From: Myxococcota bacterium
GTDB lineage: Bacteria; Myxococcota_A; UBA796; CAJQPC01
Assembly (NCBI GenBank): GCA_036012755.1
Contig: DASCPX010000129.1
Coordinates: forward strand, 64,001 to 128,000
Reading direction: 5' to 3'
DNA length: 64,000 bases
Shown: piece after piece, positions 1-11,236 of the stretch
Layout: each line of letters starts with the position of its first letter
Numbering within the stretch: position 1 is the first letter of the stretch
Made by a program: the position numbers and the translations under genes
Notes under the pieces: model-generated
The model's database searches: none
Told to the model about the DNA's origin: nothing
Seen by the model: the letters and a program-made list of their open reading frames with translations, nothing else

Positions 1-185
1 CTGGAGCGCTGGCGGCTCGCTCGTCGGCCCCTCCAGGGCGACTCCGGGCCTCGGTCACCTCGTCCTCGAGGGCGTGCCGCGAAGGGAGCCCGCATCCTGG
101 ACTACCGCAGCGTCAACCTCGATCCACTCGAAGAGCAGCTCCTCAGCGAGTGATCGCGCGGAGTGCTCTTCACAACCGGGCACGA

Positions 186-1817
186 CTACCAGGAAGGGGA
201 CACCGCCGACCGGGTACAGACCCGGTGCTCGTCATCGACCTCGTCGCACACCCAACCGTCTGGAGTTGGTCTCTTCCCCCGGTGATCGATGACGAGGTCC
301 ACTCCGAGCGCGTCGAAATAAGCCACAGCGGATGCACCAGGCCAACGGCCGGCGAGCTCGTTGACACTGTCCAGCTCCCTGGAAGGCCGGGCGAAGCGCC
401 CACCCACCACAGGGCGCTGGTGTGTGGCCACGGCGGTCACGCGCGCGCCGTCGTAGCAGGAGCAGCGTCTGCCCACGAGGTCGACGATTGGTCCATCGCC
501 GCGCAGAACGTGCTCATAGACAGTCGGGACCTCGAAGGTGTCCGCCGGGACGATCTCGGGGCGTGCCTTCTCCATCAGCACCACCGGGACGATCAGCACG
601 GCAGCCAGTCTGCCCGGTCGGCCGAGGTCCCAGATGCGCTTCCACCCCGCGGCACCGAACAGACCAAGACACATCTGGCTGATCACCAGCCATCGCGCTG
701 GCGCTCGCATCCGACCGGCGAGCGGCTCCACCAGGAGCGCTGGCCCGGAACCCAGCGAGACTCCGCCGATTCGTATCTCCGGGCCCAACGCGAGGAGCCA
801 GGTCGCACAGAGGGTCCCCAGCACCGCCAGCCACACCCATCGCAGGTCCGAGCGCTTCCGGAGGACCACCACGCCCCCGAGCATCGCCAGAGCGAAGGCT
901 GCGTAGCCGTCGGTCTGGGGCTCGAGGGTGCCCGCTGGCCAATCAGCACCGAGCAACCCATGAAGCCACAGCCGGCCATCGGGGAGGATGAGCCTCAGCG
1001 GATCGAGGCTCGTGTGCACCCGCTCGCTCATGGAGATCTCGGCATCCCATGAGGCCGCGGCTCGCGCGTAGACGGTCGCTACCGGCAGCGCTGTCATCAG
1101 GCCAGCCGCCCACCCGGCGAACCCGGCACAGATCGTCTTCCAGCTCGAAGCACGGAATGCTGCGGCGGTCAGCAACAGGACGATGATCGGGACGCCGAGG
1201 TGGGCGCCGACGTAGAAGCCTCCATGCACCGCCAGCCCCACGCACCCGCCACCTACCGCAGCCATCCAGACCCGCCGGCGGTGTAGTCCGAGCCCGAGGA
1301 GGAGGAGCCCGAGGAGTCCAGGCCAGTGCGTGACGAGGTTGGCGTGGCCGAGGTGAGCCACCGAGACGGAGCCGAACCCGACGAAGAGCCCGACGACAGC
1401 GCCCTCCGGGCCGAAGTCCAGGAGCGCCGTGGCCATTCGATAGAGGATCCAGGCGCTGAGCCCGAGGCCGACGACCGACAGCATCGTGTAGCCGGAGATC
1501 GCATCGATCCCCATGGCTCTCAGTGGGACCGAGAGCAGGCCCTGAAGGCCGAACCAGTCCGTCAGCGCCAACCGGTCTGGAACGGGCCATCCCAGAGGTG
1601 AGCTCAGCAGCTGGACGTCCCCGACCAGGCTCCGCCGAACGTGCTCCACTGCGACGGCGCTGAACAGGGCGTCTCGGTGGCCCGCGAGTGACCGCCCGAA
1701 CGGGAACGCGGGCGCGAGGACCGCGGCTCCGATCAATGTGATCGTGATCGCTGCGATCGCTTCGCGGAGCAGCCTCTTCGCCTTGCTGCCCTCCGTCTGC
1801 ATTTGCGAAGTGCCCAT
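186..1817 (-). CDS. Polytopic membrane protein, probable GT-C-like (YfhO-like) glycosyltransferase
   Basis: Many hydrophobic TM segments, an 'MRAPARW' motif and a soluble C-terminal domain. The start is uncertain (ATG at 1817 or 1802). Confidence 0.55.
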   Translation of the reverse strand: MGTSQMQTEGSKAKRLLREAIAAITITLIGAAVLAPAFPFGRSLAGHRDALFSAVAVEHVRRSLVGDVQLLSSPLGWPVPDRLALTDWFGLQGLLSVPLRAMGIDAISGYTMLSVVGLGLSAWILYRMATALLDFGPEGAVVGLFVGFGSVSVAHLGHANLVTHWPGLLGLLLLGLGLHRRRVWMAAVGGGCVGLAVHGGFYVGAHLGVPIIVLLLTAAAFRASSWKTICAGFAGWAAGLMTALPVATVYARAAASWDAEISMSERVHTSLDPLRLILPDGRLWLHGLLGADWPAGTLEPQTDGYAAFALAMLGGVVVLRKRSDLRWVWLAVLGTLCATWLLALGPEIRIGGVSLGSGPALLVEPLAGRMRAPARWLVISQMCLGLFGAAGWKRIWDLGRPGRLAAVLIVPVVLMEKARPEIVPADTFEVPTVYEHVLRGDGPIVDLVGRRCSCYDGARVTAVATHQRPVVGGRFARPSRELDSVNELAGRWPGASAVAYFDALGVDLVIDHRGKRPTPDGWVCDEVDDEHRVCTRSAVSPSW

Positions 1818-1920
1818 CGTCGTCAGGGCCCATGGGGGTGGCTGGGCAAGGTACTCGGTTCCGGCCTGGTACGAGGTGATTGCGCTCCGGCTCGAATCGG
1901 CGAGCGCGATATCCACGCAC

Positions 1921-3485
<1,565 letters not shown>

Positions 3486-3489
<4 letters not shown>

Positions 3490-4496
3490 TCGACCTCCGC
3501 AGCGACACAGTCACCCGCCCTACGACCGAGATGCTCGAGGCGATGATGACCGCCGAGGTGGGCGACGACGTCTTTGGCGACGACCCCTCTTGCAACCGCA
3601 TCGAGGCCCTCGCCGCCGAGCTCTCCGGCAAGGAAGCGGCGCTGTTCTTGCCGACCGGGACGATGGCCAACCAGATCGCCATCCGCCTCTGGACCCAGCC
3701 CGGTGACGAGGTGCTCATGGAGGCCGGCGCCCACCCCTTCAACTACGAAGCCGCCGGCGCCGCCGTCATCAGCGGCGTTCAGATCCGCACCCTGACCGCG
3801 CCTGGTCGGGGACAGCTCGACCCGGCACAGGTCTGGGCCGCCTTGCGGGTGGACGATCCCCACTTCGCGCCGGCGACGCTGCTGTGCGTGGAGAACACCG
3901 CCAACCGCGGCGGCGGCTCCGTCTACCCCCAGGACGTGCTCGATGCGCTGGTCGGCGGCGCCAACGACCGCGGCCTTCGTGTCCACCTCGACGGCGCCCG
4001 GATCTTCAACGCTGTGGTGGCCAGCGGCCTCCCCCTGGCGCGGGTCTGCAGGGGCTACGACTCCATCAGCTTCTGCCTCTCCAAGGGACTGGGAGCGCCC
4101 GTCGGCTCGCTGCTGTGCGGACCCGCCGATGAGATCCATCGGGGCCGGCGCTTCCGCAAGTTCCTGGGCGGGGGCATGCGCCAGGCGGGCTTCCTGGCCG
4201 CGGCGGGCATCTACGCCCTGCAGAACCACACCGAGCGGCTCGCCGAGGACCACGCTCGGGCGCGCGAGCTGTGGTCAGGCCTGCGAGACCTCGGCTTCAC
4301 CAGCGAGGAGCCCGAGACGAACATGGTCTACGTCACGGATCTCGAGGACGCGGTCTCCGGCGCGGCGCGGCTCGCCGAAGCGGGGGTCCGTGTCGTCTGG
4401 GTCAGCAGGAGCTCGATCCGCCTCGTGACCCACCTCGACGTGGACGACGAAGACATCGGACAGACACTGCGCGCGTTCTCGGAGTTGCGGCAATAG
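3486..4496 (+). CDS. ltaE: Low-specificity L-threonine aldolase
   Basis: MIDLRSDTVT, VGDDVFGDDP, PTGTMANQ, HLDGARIFNA, CLSKGLGAPVGS (PLP Lys), GGGMRQAG. ATGA overlap with gpmI. Confidence 0.95.
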
Positions 4497-4559
4497 CCTT
4501 CGCCGCGTTCCGGTCTGCGTCGCTGCTTTCTCGGTAGACTGCGCCCCCGGAGGCCCGAG

Positions 4560-5174
4560 ATGTTCGCTCTGCTCATCGCCTGCGCCGCCAATCCGCCTGG
4601 AGTCGACCTGGTCGACCCCAGCGGTGGCAAGCCCGGGGACAGGGTCCGCGTCGTCGGGAACGACTTCCAACAAGGCGCCAGCGCCACCCTTGGAGGCGAG
4701 GCCGCCGAGCTCTCCTACAAGGGCGTCATCAGCCTCGAGCTCACCGTCCCGGAGCTGACCCCGGGGGAGCACGAGCTCGTCGTGACCAACCCGGACGGAC
4801 AGACCGCCACGGTACCGCGCGCCTTCGCCGTCGCCCCGCCGCCAGAGGCTCTCTCCATCTGCTCGGGGGCCTACACGGCGTACTCCCAGCTCGCGGCCAG
4901 CCGGAAGATCATCAAGATCGACCGACACCCGACCGGCGATGGTGAGCGGGAGACCCTCCAGATCGACTTCTCGGACATCGCCGCTGTCGAGTACGAAGCT
5001 CGCGTCCAGGGCGATGACTACTGTTCCGCGATCATCCTGCGCCTCAAGGATGGCCGCCGCGAGGTCTATGAAGACAGCAAGGACCTGGTCTTCCGAACCA
5101 AGGCCCAGGAGTTGGCGAACGTGCTCGGGACGCCGGTGGATGTCACGCACGAGGACCCGAGAGAGGTGGACTGA
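4560..5174 (+). CDS. IPT/TIG-domain putative lipoprotein
   Basis: Short signal MFALLIAC, followed by a TIG-like pattern (VDPSGGKPGDRVRVVGNDF...LVVTNPDG). Confidence 0.65.
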   Translation: MFALLIACAANPPGVDLVDPSGGKPGDRVRVVGNDFQQGASATLGGEAAELSYKGVISLELTVPELTPGEHELVVTNPDGQTATVPRAFAVAPPPEALSICSGAYTAYSQLAASRKIIKIDRHPTGDGERETLQIDFSDIAAVEYEARVQGDDYCSAIILRLKDGRREVYEDSKDLVFRTKAQELANVLGTPVDVTHEDPREVD

Positions 5175-5227
5175 GGTAGCATTCCGGTCCCTGACACCGG
5201 ACCCGTGAAGGCCGGCACGGAGGCGGC

Positions 5228-8200
5228 ATGTTCCTGCGCATCCTGGCCCTTCTGGCCGCCACGTTCGTTCTTGGTGGAGACGCCTCCGCAGCAACCACGT
5301 GCGGGGACGGTGTCCTGGACGCCGGAGACGAGTGCGACGACGGAGGCAAGGTCGACGGCGACGGCTGTGACAGTCGCTGCGACATCGAGCCCGGATGGGA
5401 CTGCGTCTTCAGCTCTTCGTTCGAAGAGGACTTCAACGAGAGCCTCGTCAGCTCCGGCACCTCGGCGTCCTGGAGCACAGCGACCGACAGCATGAGCGTC
5501 AGCCAGAGCGCGGACTCGGTGCCAGCGGTCTACCTGACCACCCTGCCCACGGAGGGGGTCACCATCACCTTCGACCTGGAGGTCACCTCCTCGAGCGACG
5601 ACGACTACATCGGCTTCGTCGTGGCCTACGACAAAGAAGAGAGCGAGGAAACGGACGCCCACTGGATGCTCTTCGACTGGAAGAAGGCCGACGGCAGCGG
5701 CAGCGGCTGTACGGCCGCCGAGGGCTTCGTGATGAGCCGGGTGACGGGCGAGGTCAGCCAGGAGGAGCTCTGGTGCCACAGCGACGAGGTGAGCGAGGTC
5801 GCGCGCGGCGACAACTACGGCTCGACCGGGTGGACCGCCGGCACCACATACGAGATCGAGCTCGTCTATACGGCGACGTCGATCACGGTCAGCATCGACG
5901 GGGTCGAGGAGATCTCCGAGACCGGCAACTTCCCCAGCGGACGCCTGGGCTTCTACGTCAACTCCCAGGACAACGCCTCCTTCGAGCTGACCAGTCCCGA
6001 CCAGAGCGGGTTCTGCGTGGACGGGCTCGACACGGACGGAGACTCGATCGAGGACCTCGTCGAGGTCCTCGACGACGAAGACACCGACCGCGACGGGCTC
6101 GACAACTTCCAGGACCCTGACGACGACGGCGACGGCATCTGGACCTCGGAGGAGTACTACGGCTCCGCCACGAGTCCGGTCGGGCAGGACTCCGACGGCG
6201 ACGGCACGGACGACTACCTCGACGATGACGATGACGACGACGGCGTCGACTCCATCGACGAAGACATCGACGGCGACGGAGATCCGCGAGACGACGACAC
6301 CGACGGCGACGGAACCAACGACTACCTCGACACGGACGACGACGACGACTCCATCCCGAGCGCGGACGAGTCGCTCGAAGGGGACACCGACGGCGACGGC
6401 ACTCCCGACCACATCGACACGGACGACGACGGCGACGGCATCCCCACGGAAGACGAGGCCTATGACGGAAACGCCGCCTTCGAGCAGGACTCGGATGTCG
6501 ACGGCACGATGGACTACCTCGACGAGGACGACGACGAAGATCTCGTCGACACGATCGACGAGGACGTCGACGGTGACGGTGACCCCACGAACGATGACAC
6601 CGACGGTGACGGCACCTACGACTACCTGGACCTCGACGACGACGACGACGGTATCAGCACGGAGGAGGAGCAGGCCCGCGGAGACACCGATGGCGACGGC
6701 AAGGGTGATCACATCGACGCGGACGACGACGGCGACGGCATCCTGACGGAGGACGAGGTCTACGACGGCACGACGGATCCGGACGACCAGGACAGCGACG
6801 GTGAAGGCACCGCCGACTACCTCGACGCGGACGACGACAACGACGGCGTGGACACGATCGACGAGGACGTCGACGGTGACGGCGATCCGACCAACGACGA
6901 CACCGACGGCGACGGCACCTACGACTACCTCGACATCGACGATGACGGTGACGGCGTCCTGACCGAGACCGAGCAGGGCGCTGGGGACACAGACGGCGAC
7001 GGCACGCCCGATCACATCGACACCGACGACGACGGTGACGGCATCCTGACAGAGGACGAGGTCTACGGCGGCACCACGGATCCCGAGGACCAGGACAGCG
7101 ACGGTGACGGCACCCCCGACTACGTCGATGCTGACGACGATGGTGACGGCGTCGACACCATCGACGAGGACATCGACGGCGACGGCGACCCGACGGACGA
7201 CGACACCGACGGCGACGCCACCTACGACTACCTCGACGACGACGACGACGGAGATGGCCTCTCCACCATCGACGAGGACACCGACGGCGACGGTGACCCT
7301 ACGAACGACGACTACGACGGTGACGGGACGGCGAACTACCTCGACACGGACTCCGATGGGGACGGCATCGACGACGATGTCGAGGTCGCGGCGGGCTACG
7401 ACCCATACGACAGCGACAGCGACGGCGACGGGGTGGACGACGGCACAGAGGTCGCAGACGGCGGAGACCCGCTGAACGATGACGACGACGGCGACGGCGT
7501 GGACACGGAGGACGAGGACGTCGACGGCGACGGCGACGCCAGCAACGACGACACCGACGGTGACGGCATCCCCGACTACGTCGACACGGACGATGACAAC
7601 GACGGCGTCGACACGATCGACGAGGTCGACGAGAGAGACTCGGACCGTGACGGGACCGACGACTACCTCGATGAGGACGACGACGGCGACGGGGTCGACA
7701 CGATCGACGAGGACGTCGACGGTGACGGCGACCCGATGAACGACGACAGCGACGTCGACGGCGACGCTGACTACCTCGATGAGGACGACGACGAGGACGA
7801 CGTCGACACGCTGGACGAGGACGTCGACGGCGACGGCGACCCGATGAACGACGACAGCGACGGCGACGGCATCGCTGACTACCTCGACACCGACGATGAC
7901 GGCGACGGCATCCCGACCGCCGAAGAGGACGACAGCAGGGACTCAGACGGCGACGGGGTGTACAACTACCTGGACGACGACGAGGACAACGACGGGGTCG
8001 CGAACATCGACGAGGACATCGACGGCGACGGCGATCCGCGCGGTGACGACAGCGACGGGGACGGAGACGACGACTACCTCGACGAGGACGACGACGAGGA
8101 CGGCATCGACACGATCGACGAGGACATCGACGGCGACGGCGACCCGATGAACGACGACACGGACGGAGACGGTACGGCGGACTACCTCGATGAGGACGAC

Positions 8201-11200
8201 GACGGTGACGGCATCCCGACCCACGATGAGGCGGTGCTCGTGGACTACCTCGACTCCGACACAGGGGACACGGCGGACGACTCCTACGTGGACCTGGCGG
8301 ACACCGATCTGGACGGCACCTACGACTACCTCGACGCCGACGACGAGGGCGATGGCGTCGACACCATCGACGAGGACATCGACGGCGACGGAGACCCGAC
8401 CAACGACGACAGCGACGGCGACGGGACGGTCGACTTCCTGGACGAAGACGACGACGGCGACGGTGTCCCCACCGCCGACGAGTCCTACTCCGGCACCCCT
8501 GGGTCCACCGACACCGATGGCGACGGGACCGCTGACTACCTCGACACAGATGACGACGGTGACGGCATCCCGACCCTGGATCAGACCGACGCGGATGAAG
8601 ACGGGGTCTACGACAACATCGACGAGGACCTCGACGACGACGGTGATCCGACCAACGATGACACCGACGGCGACGGCACGCCCGACTACATCGACGATGA
8701 CGATGACGGCGACGGCATCGACACGGTCGCAGAGGACACCGACGGCGACGGGGATCCGACAAACGACGATCTTGATGGCGACGGCGTCGCGAACTACTTC
8801 GACGACGACTCCGACGGTGATGGCCTGACGGACGCAGAGGAGGGCCTCGGCGACACCGACCCCTTCGACGACGACTCCGACGACGACGGCATCACTGACG
8901 GCGACGAGGAGGCGATCGGGAGCGATCCGACGGACACCGAGACGGACACCGACGGCGACGGGCTGACCGACGCGGACGAGCTCGGCGTCTACGGCACCGA
9001 CCACGACGACACCGACAGCGACGGCGATGGCCTCGACGATGGAGACGAGGTCGACATCTACGGGACCGATCCCGACAACGCCGACACGGACCTCGACGGC
9101 CTGGATGATGGCTACGAGACCAACACCTCCAAGACGGATCCGAACGACAGCGACACCGACGGTGACGGCGCCCGCGATGGCCTCGAGCTCAGGGTGCTGG
9201 TGACGGACCCGCTCGACAAGGACACTGACGCCGACGGCCTGAGAGACGGCGACGAGCTCGACTGGGGCAGCGATCCCCTCGACACCGACACCGACAGGGA
9301 CGGCCTCGAAGACGGCGACGAGGTCGATGTCTGGGGTACGGATCCGTCCGACGACGACAGTGACGGTGACGGGCTCTTCGACGGCGATGAAGTCGACTTC
9401 TGGGGCAGCGACCCGGCGGTCTACGACAGCGACGGTGGCGGTGCCTCCGACGCCGAGGAAGCGGCTGCTGGAACTGATCCGAACGACGACACAGACGACG
9501 CACCCGACGCCGACGACAGCGACAGCGACCTCGTCCCCGACTCGGTAGAGGAGCTCATCGGCACCGACCCAGCGGACGACGACACAGACGACGACGGCCT
9601 CATGGATGGCGAGGAGCTGACCGCGTGGCGGTCGAACCCGCTGGTCCCGGACACCGACGGCGACGGCCTCACGGACTACGAGGAGGCCACGGTGTGGAGC
9701 TCTTCGCCCGCGAGCCGTGACACGGACGGTGATGGGCTGGAGGACGGCGCAGAGGCCGAGCTCTACGGCAGCGAGCCGGGTCTCTCCGACACGGACTCCG
9801 ACGGCATCGACGACGGCGAGGAGGTCGGCCTGTACGGCTCGGATCCCGGTGAAGCCGACAGCGACGGCGACGGCCTCGACGACGGCGAGGAAACCTGGAC
9901 CCACCTCTCTCACCCGATGCGGCTCGACAGCGACGGTGATGGGGTCGGCGACGGCGTCGAGGTGGAGCTCTGGGACAGCGACCCGGCGGACGATGACACC
10001 GACGGCGGCGGCGAACGCGACGGCGTGGAGGTCCGGGCGGGCAGCGATCCCCTCGACCCCCAGGACGACGGCTCGAGCTCCGACCTCGACGGTGACGGGC
10101 TCACCAACGCGGACGAGAGCGTCATCGGGACCGATCCGGCCGACGAGGACACCGACGGTGACGGGCTCTCCGATGGCGATGAGTCGCTCGAGCTGGGGCT
10201 CGATCCGGACGACCTCGACAGCGACGGCGACGGCCTCGACGACAACGACGAGATCGACGTCCACGGAACGGATCCCACGATGTGGGACACGGACGCGGAC
10301 GGGCTCGGCGACGGCGCCGAGATCGCCGACGGGACCGACCCGCTCGATGTCGACAGCGACGGCGACAGCATCTCCGACGGCGAGGAGCAGGTGGTGCATG
10401 GCACCGACCCGCTCGGGCTCGACAGCGACGAGGACGGGCTCGATGATGACGAGGAGCTCTATGGCTGGATGACCGACCCGTTGGTCGAGGACACCGACGG
10501 AGGTGGCCGCGGCGACGGCGACGAGGTCAACGGCGACGGCACCGATCCGATCGAGCCCACCGACGACCTCGAGGACACCGACGGCGACGGGCTGACCGAC
10601 CAGACCGAGGAGAACATCCACGGGACCGATCCCAACCTGGCGGACACGGACTCCGACGGCATCGACGATGGTGACGAGCTGGACCTCGGCACCGACCCGC
10701 TCGACGACGACAGCGACGACGATGGGCTCCTCGACGGCGAGGAGCTGGACCTCGGGACGGATCCGCTCGACGACGACAGCGACGACGACGGACTCTCCGA
10801 CGGGGACGAGGTCGATGCATACGGCACCGACCCGCTCTCTGCGGACAGTGACGGCGACGGGCTCGACGATGCAACGGAGATCGCGGGCCTCGGCACCGAT
10901 CCGAACAACGCCGACACCGATGCAGACGGCCTCGACGACGGTGACGAGCTGCTGCTGGGCACCGACCCGCTCGATGAGGACAGCGACGGCGACGGACTCA
11001 CCGACGCCGAGGAGGTCGACCTCGGGACGGATCCGATGAACGAAGACAGCGACGGCGGTGGCAAGGGCGACGGCGACGAGGTCGCCGAGGGTCGAGACCC
11101 CCTCGATCCAGACGACGACTTCGATTCTGGCAGCTACAGCGGCGGCTGGGCTTGCGCGAGCGGTCCTGCAAGCCCCGCTGGCTTCCTGCTGGTGCTGCTC

Positions 11201-11236
11201 GGCGCGGCCTTGTTGCGGCGGAGGCCAGGACGATGA
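5228..11236 (+). CDS. Giant acidic cell-surface protein: Cys-rich repeat, thrombospondin C-terminal-like domain, TSP3-like Ca-binding repeats, MYXO-CTERM anchor
   Basis: Signal peptide; CGDGVLDAGDECDDG...GCDSRC; SDDDYIGFVVAY and GRLGFYVNSQ; dozens of DxDGDG repeats; C-terminal GGWAC + TM + RRR. Confidence 0.85.
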   Translation: MFLRILALLAATFVLGGDASAATTCGDGVLDAGDECDDGGKVDGDGCDSRCDIEPGWDCVFSSSFEEDFNESLVSSGTSASWSTATDSMSVSQSADSVPAVYLTTLPTEGVTITFDLEVTSSSDDDYIGFVVAYDKEESEETDAHWMLFDWKKADGSGSGCTAAEGFVMSRVTGEVSQEELWCHSDEVSEVARGDNYGSTGWTAGTTYEIELVYTATSITVSIDGVEEISETGNFPSGRLGFYVNSQDNASFELTSPDQSGFCVDGLDTDGDSIEDLVEVLDDEDTDRDGLDNFQDPDDDGDGIWTSEEYYGSATSPVGQDSDGDGTDDYLDDDDDDDGVDSIDEDIDGDGDPRDDDTDGDGTNDYLDTDDDDDSIPSADESLEGDTDGDGTPDHIDTDDDGDGIPTEDEAYDGNAAFEQDSDVDGTMDYLDEDDDEDLVDTIDEDVDGDGDPTNDDTDGDGTYDYLDLDDDDDGISTEEEQARGDTDGDGKGDHIDADDDGDGILTEDEVYDGTTDPDDQDSDGEGTADYLDADDDNDGVDTIDEDVDGDGDPTNDDTDGDGTYDYLDIDDDGDGVLTETEQGAGDTDGDGTPDHIDTDDDGDGILTEDEVYGGTTDPEDQDSDGDGTPDYVDADDDGDGVDTIDEDIDGDGDPTDDDTDGDATYDYLDDDDDGDGLSTIDEDTDGDGDPTNDDYDGDGTANYLDTDSDGDGIDDDVEVAAGYDPYDSDSDGDGVDDGTEVADGGDPLNDDDDGDGVDTEDEDVDGDGDASNDDTDGDGIPDYVDTDDDNDGVDTIDEVDERDSDRDGTDDYLDEDDDGDGVDTIDEDVDGDGDPMNDDSDVDGDADYLDEDDDEDDVDTLDEDVDGDGDPMNDDSDGDGIADYLDTDDDGDGIPTAEEDDSRDSDGDGVYNYLDDDEDNDGVANIDEDIDGDGDPRGDDSDGDGDDDYLDEDDDEDGIDTIDEDIDGDGDPMNDDTDGDGTADYLDEDDDGDGIPTHDEAVLVDYLDSDTGDTADDSYVDLADTDLDGTYDYLDADDEGDGVDTIDEDIDGDGDPTNDDSDGDGTVDFLDEDDDGDGVPTADESYSGTPGSTDTDGDGTADYLDTDDDGDGIPTLDQTDADEDGVYDNIDEDLDDDGDPTNDDTDGDGTPDYIDDDDDGDGIDTVAEDTDGDGDPTNDDLDGDGVANYFDDDSDGDGLTDAEEGLGDTDPFDDDSDDDGITDGDEEAIGSDPTDTETDTDGDGLTDADELGVYGTDHDDTDSDGDGLDDGDEVDIYGTDPDNADTDLDGLDDGYETNTSKTDPNDSDTDGDGARDGLELRVLVTDPLDKDTDADGLRDGDELDWGSDPLDTDTDRDGLEDGDEVDVWGTDPSDDDSDGDGLFDGDEVDFWGSDPAVYDSDGGGASDAEEAAAGTDPNDDTDDAPDADDSDSDLVPDSVEELIGTDPADDDTDDDGLMDGEELTAWRSNPLVPDTDGDGLTDYEEATVWSSSPASRDTDGDGLEDGAEAELYGSEPGLSDTDSDGIDDGEEVGLYGSDPGEADSDGDGLDDGEETWTHLSHPMRLDSDGDGVGDGVEVELWDSDPADDDTDGGGERDGVEVRAGSDPLDPQDDGSSSDLDGDGLTNADESVIGTDPADEDTDGDGLSDGDESLELGLDPDDLDSDGDGLDDNDEIDVHGTDPTMWDTDADGLGDGAEIADGTDPLDVDSDGDSISDGEEQVVHGTDPLGLDSDEDGLDDDEELYGWMTDPLVEDTDGGGRGDGDEVNGDGTDPIEPTDDLEDTDGDGLTDQTEENIHGTDPNLADTDSDGIDDGDELDLGTDPLDDDSDDDGLLDGEELDLGTDPLDDDSDDDGLSDGDEVDAYGTDPLSADSDGDGLDDATEIAGLGTDPNNADTDADGLDDGDELLLGTDPLDEDSDGDGLTDAEEVDLGTDPMNEDSDGGGKGDGDEVAEGRDPLDPDDDFDSGSYSGGWACASGPASPAGFLLVLLGAALLRRRPGR
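6020..11120 (+). repeat. Intragenic array of Asp/Gly-rich DxDGDG (TSP3-like) repeats
   Basis: Recurrent gacaccgacggcgacgg-type units. First block follows DTDGDGTxDYLDxDDDGDG, second block follows DSDGDGLxDGxE...GTDP. Confidence 0.9.

Noticed and set aside
1..153. Possible 3' end of an upstream + strand gene
   Set aside because: Too short, and the reading frame is too ambiguous to call.
5213..5227. GG-N10-GC before the first adhesin
   Set aside because: It abuts the ATG and coincides with the GGAGG ribosome-binding site, leaving no room for a transcript leader.
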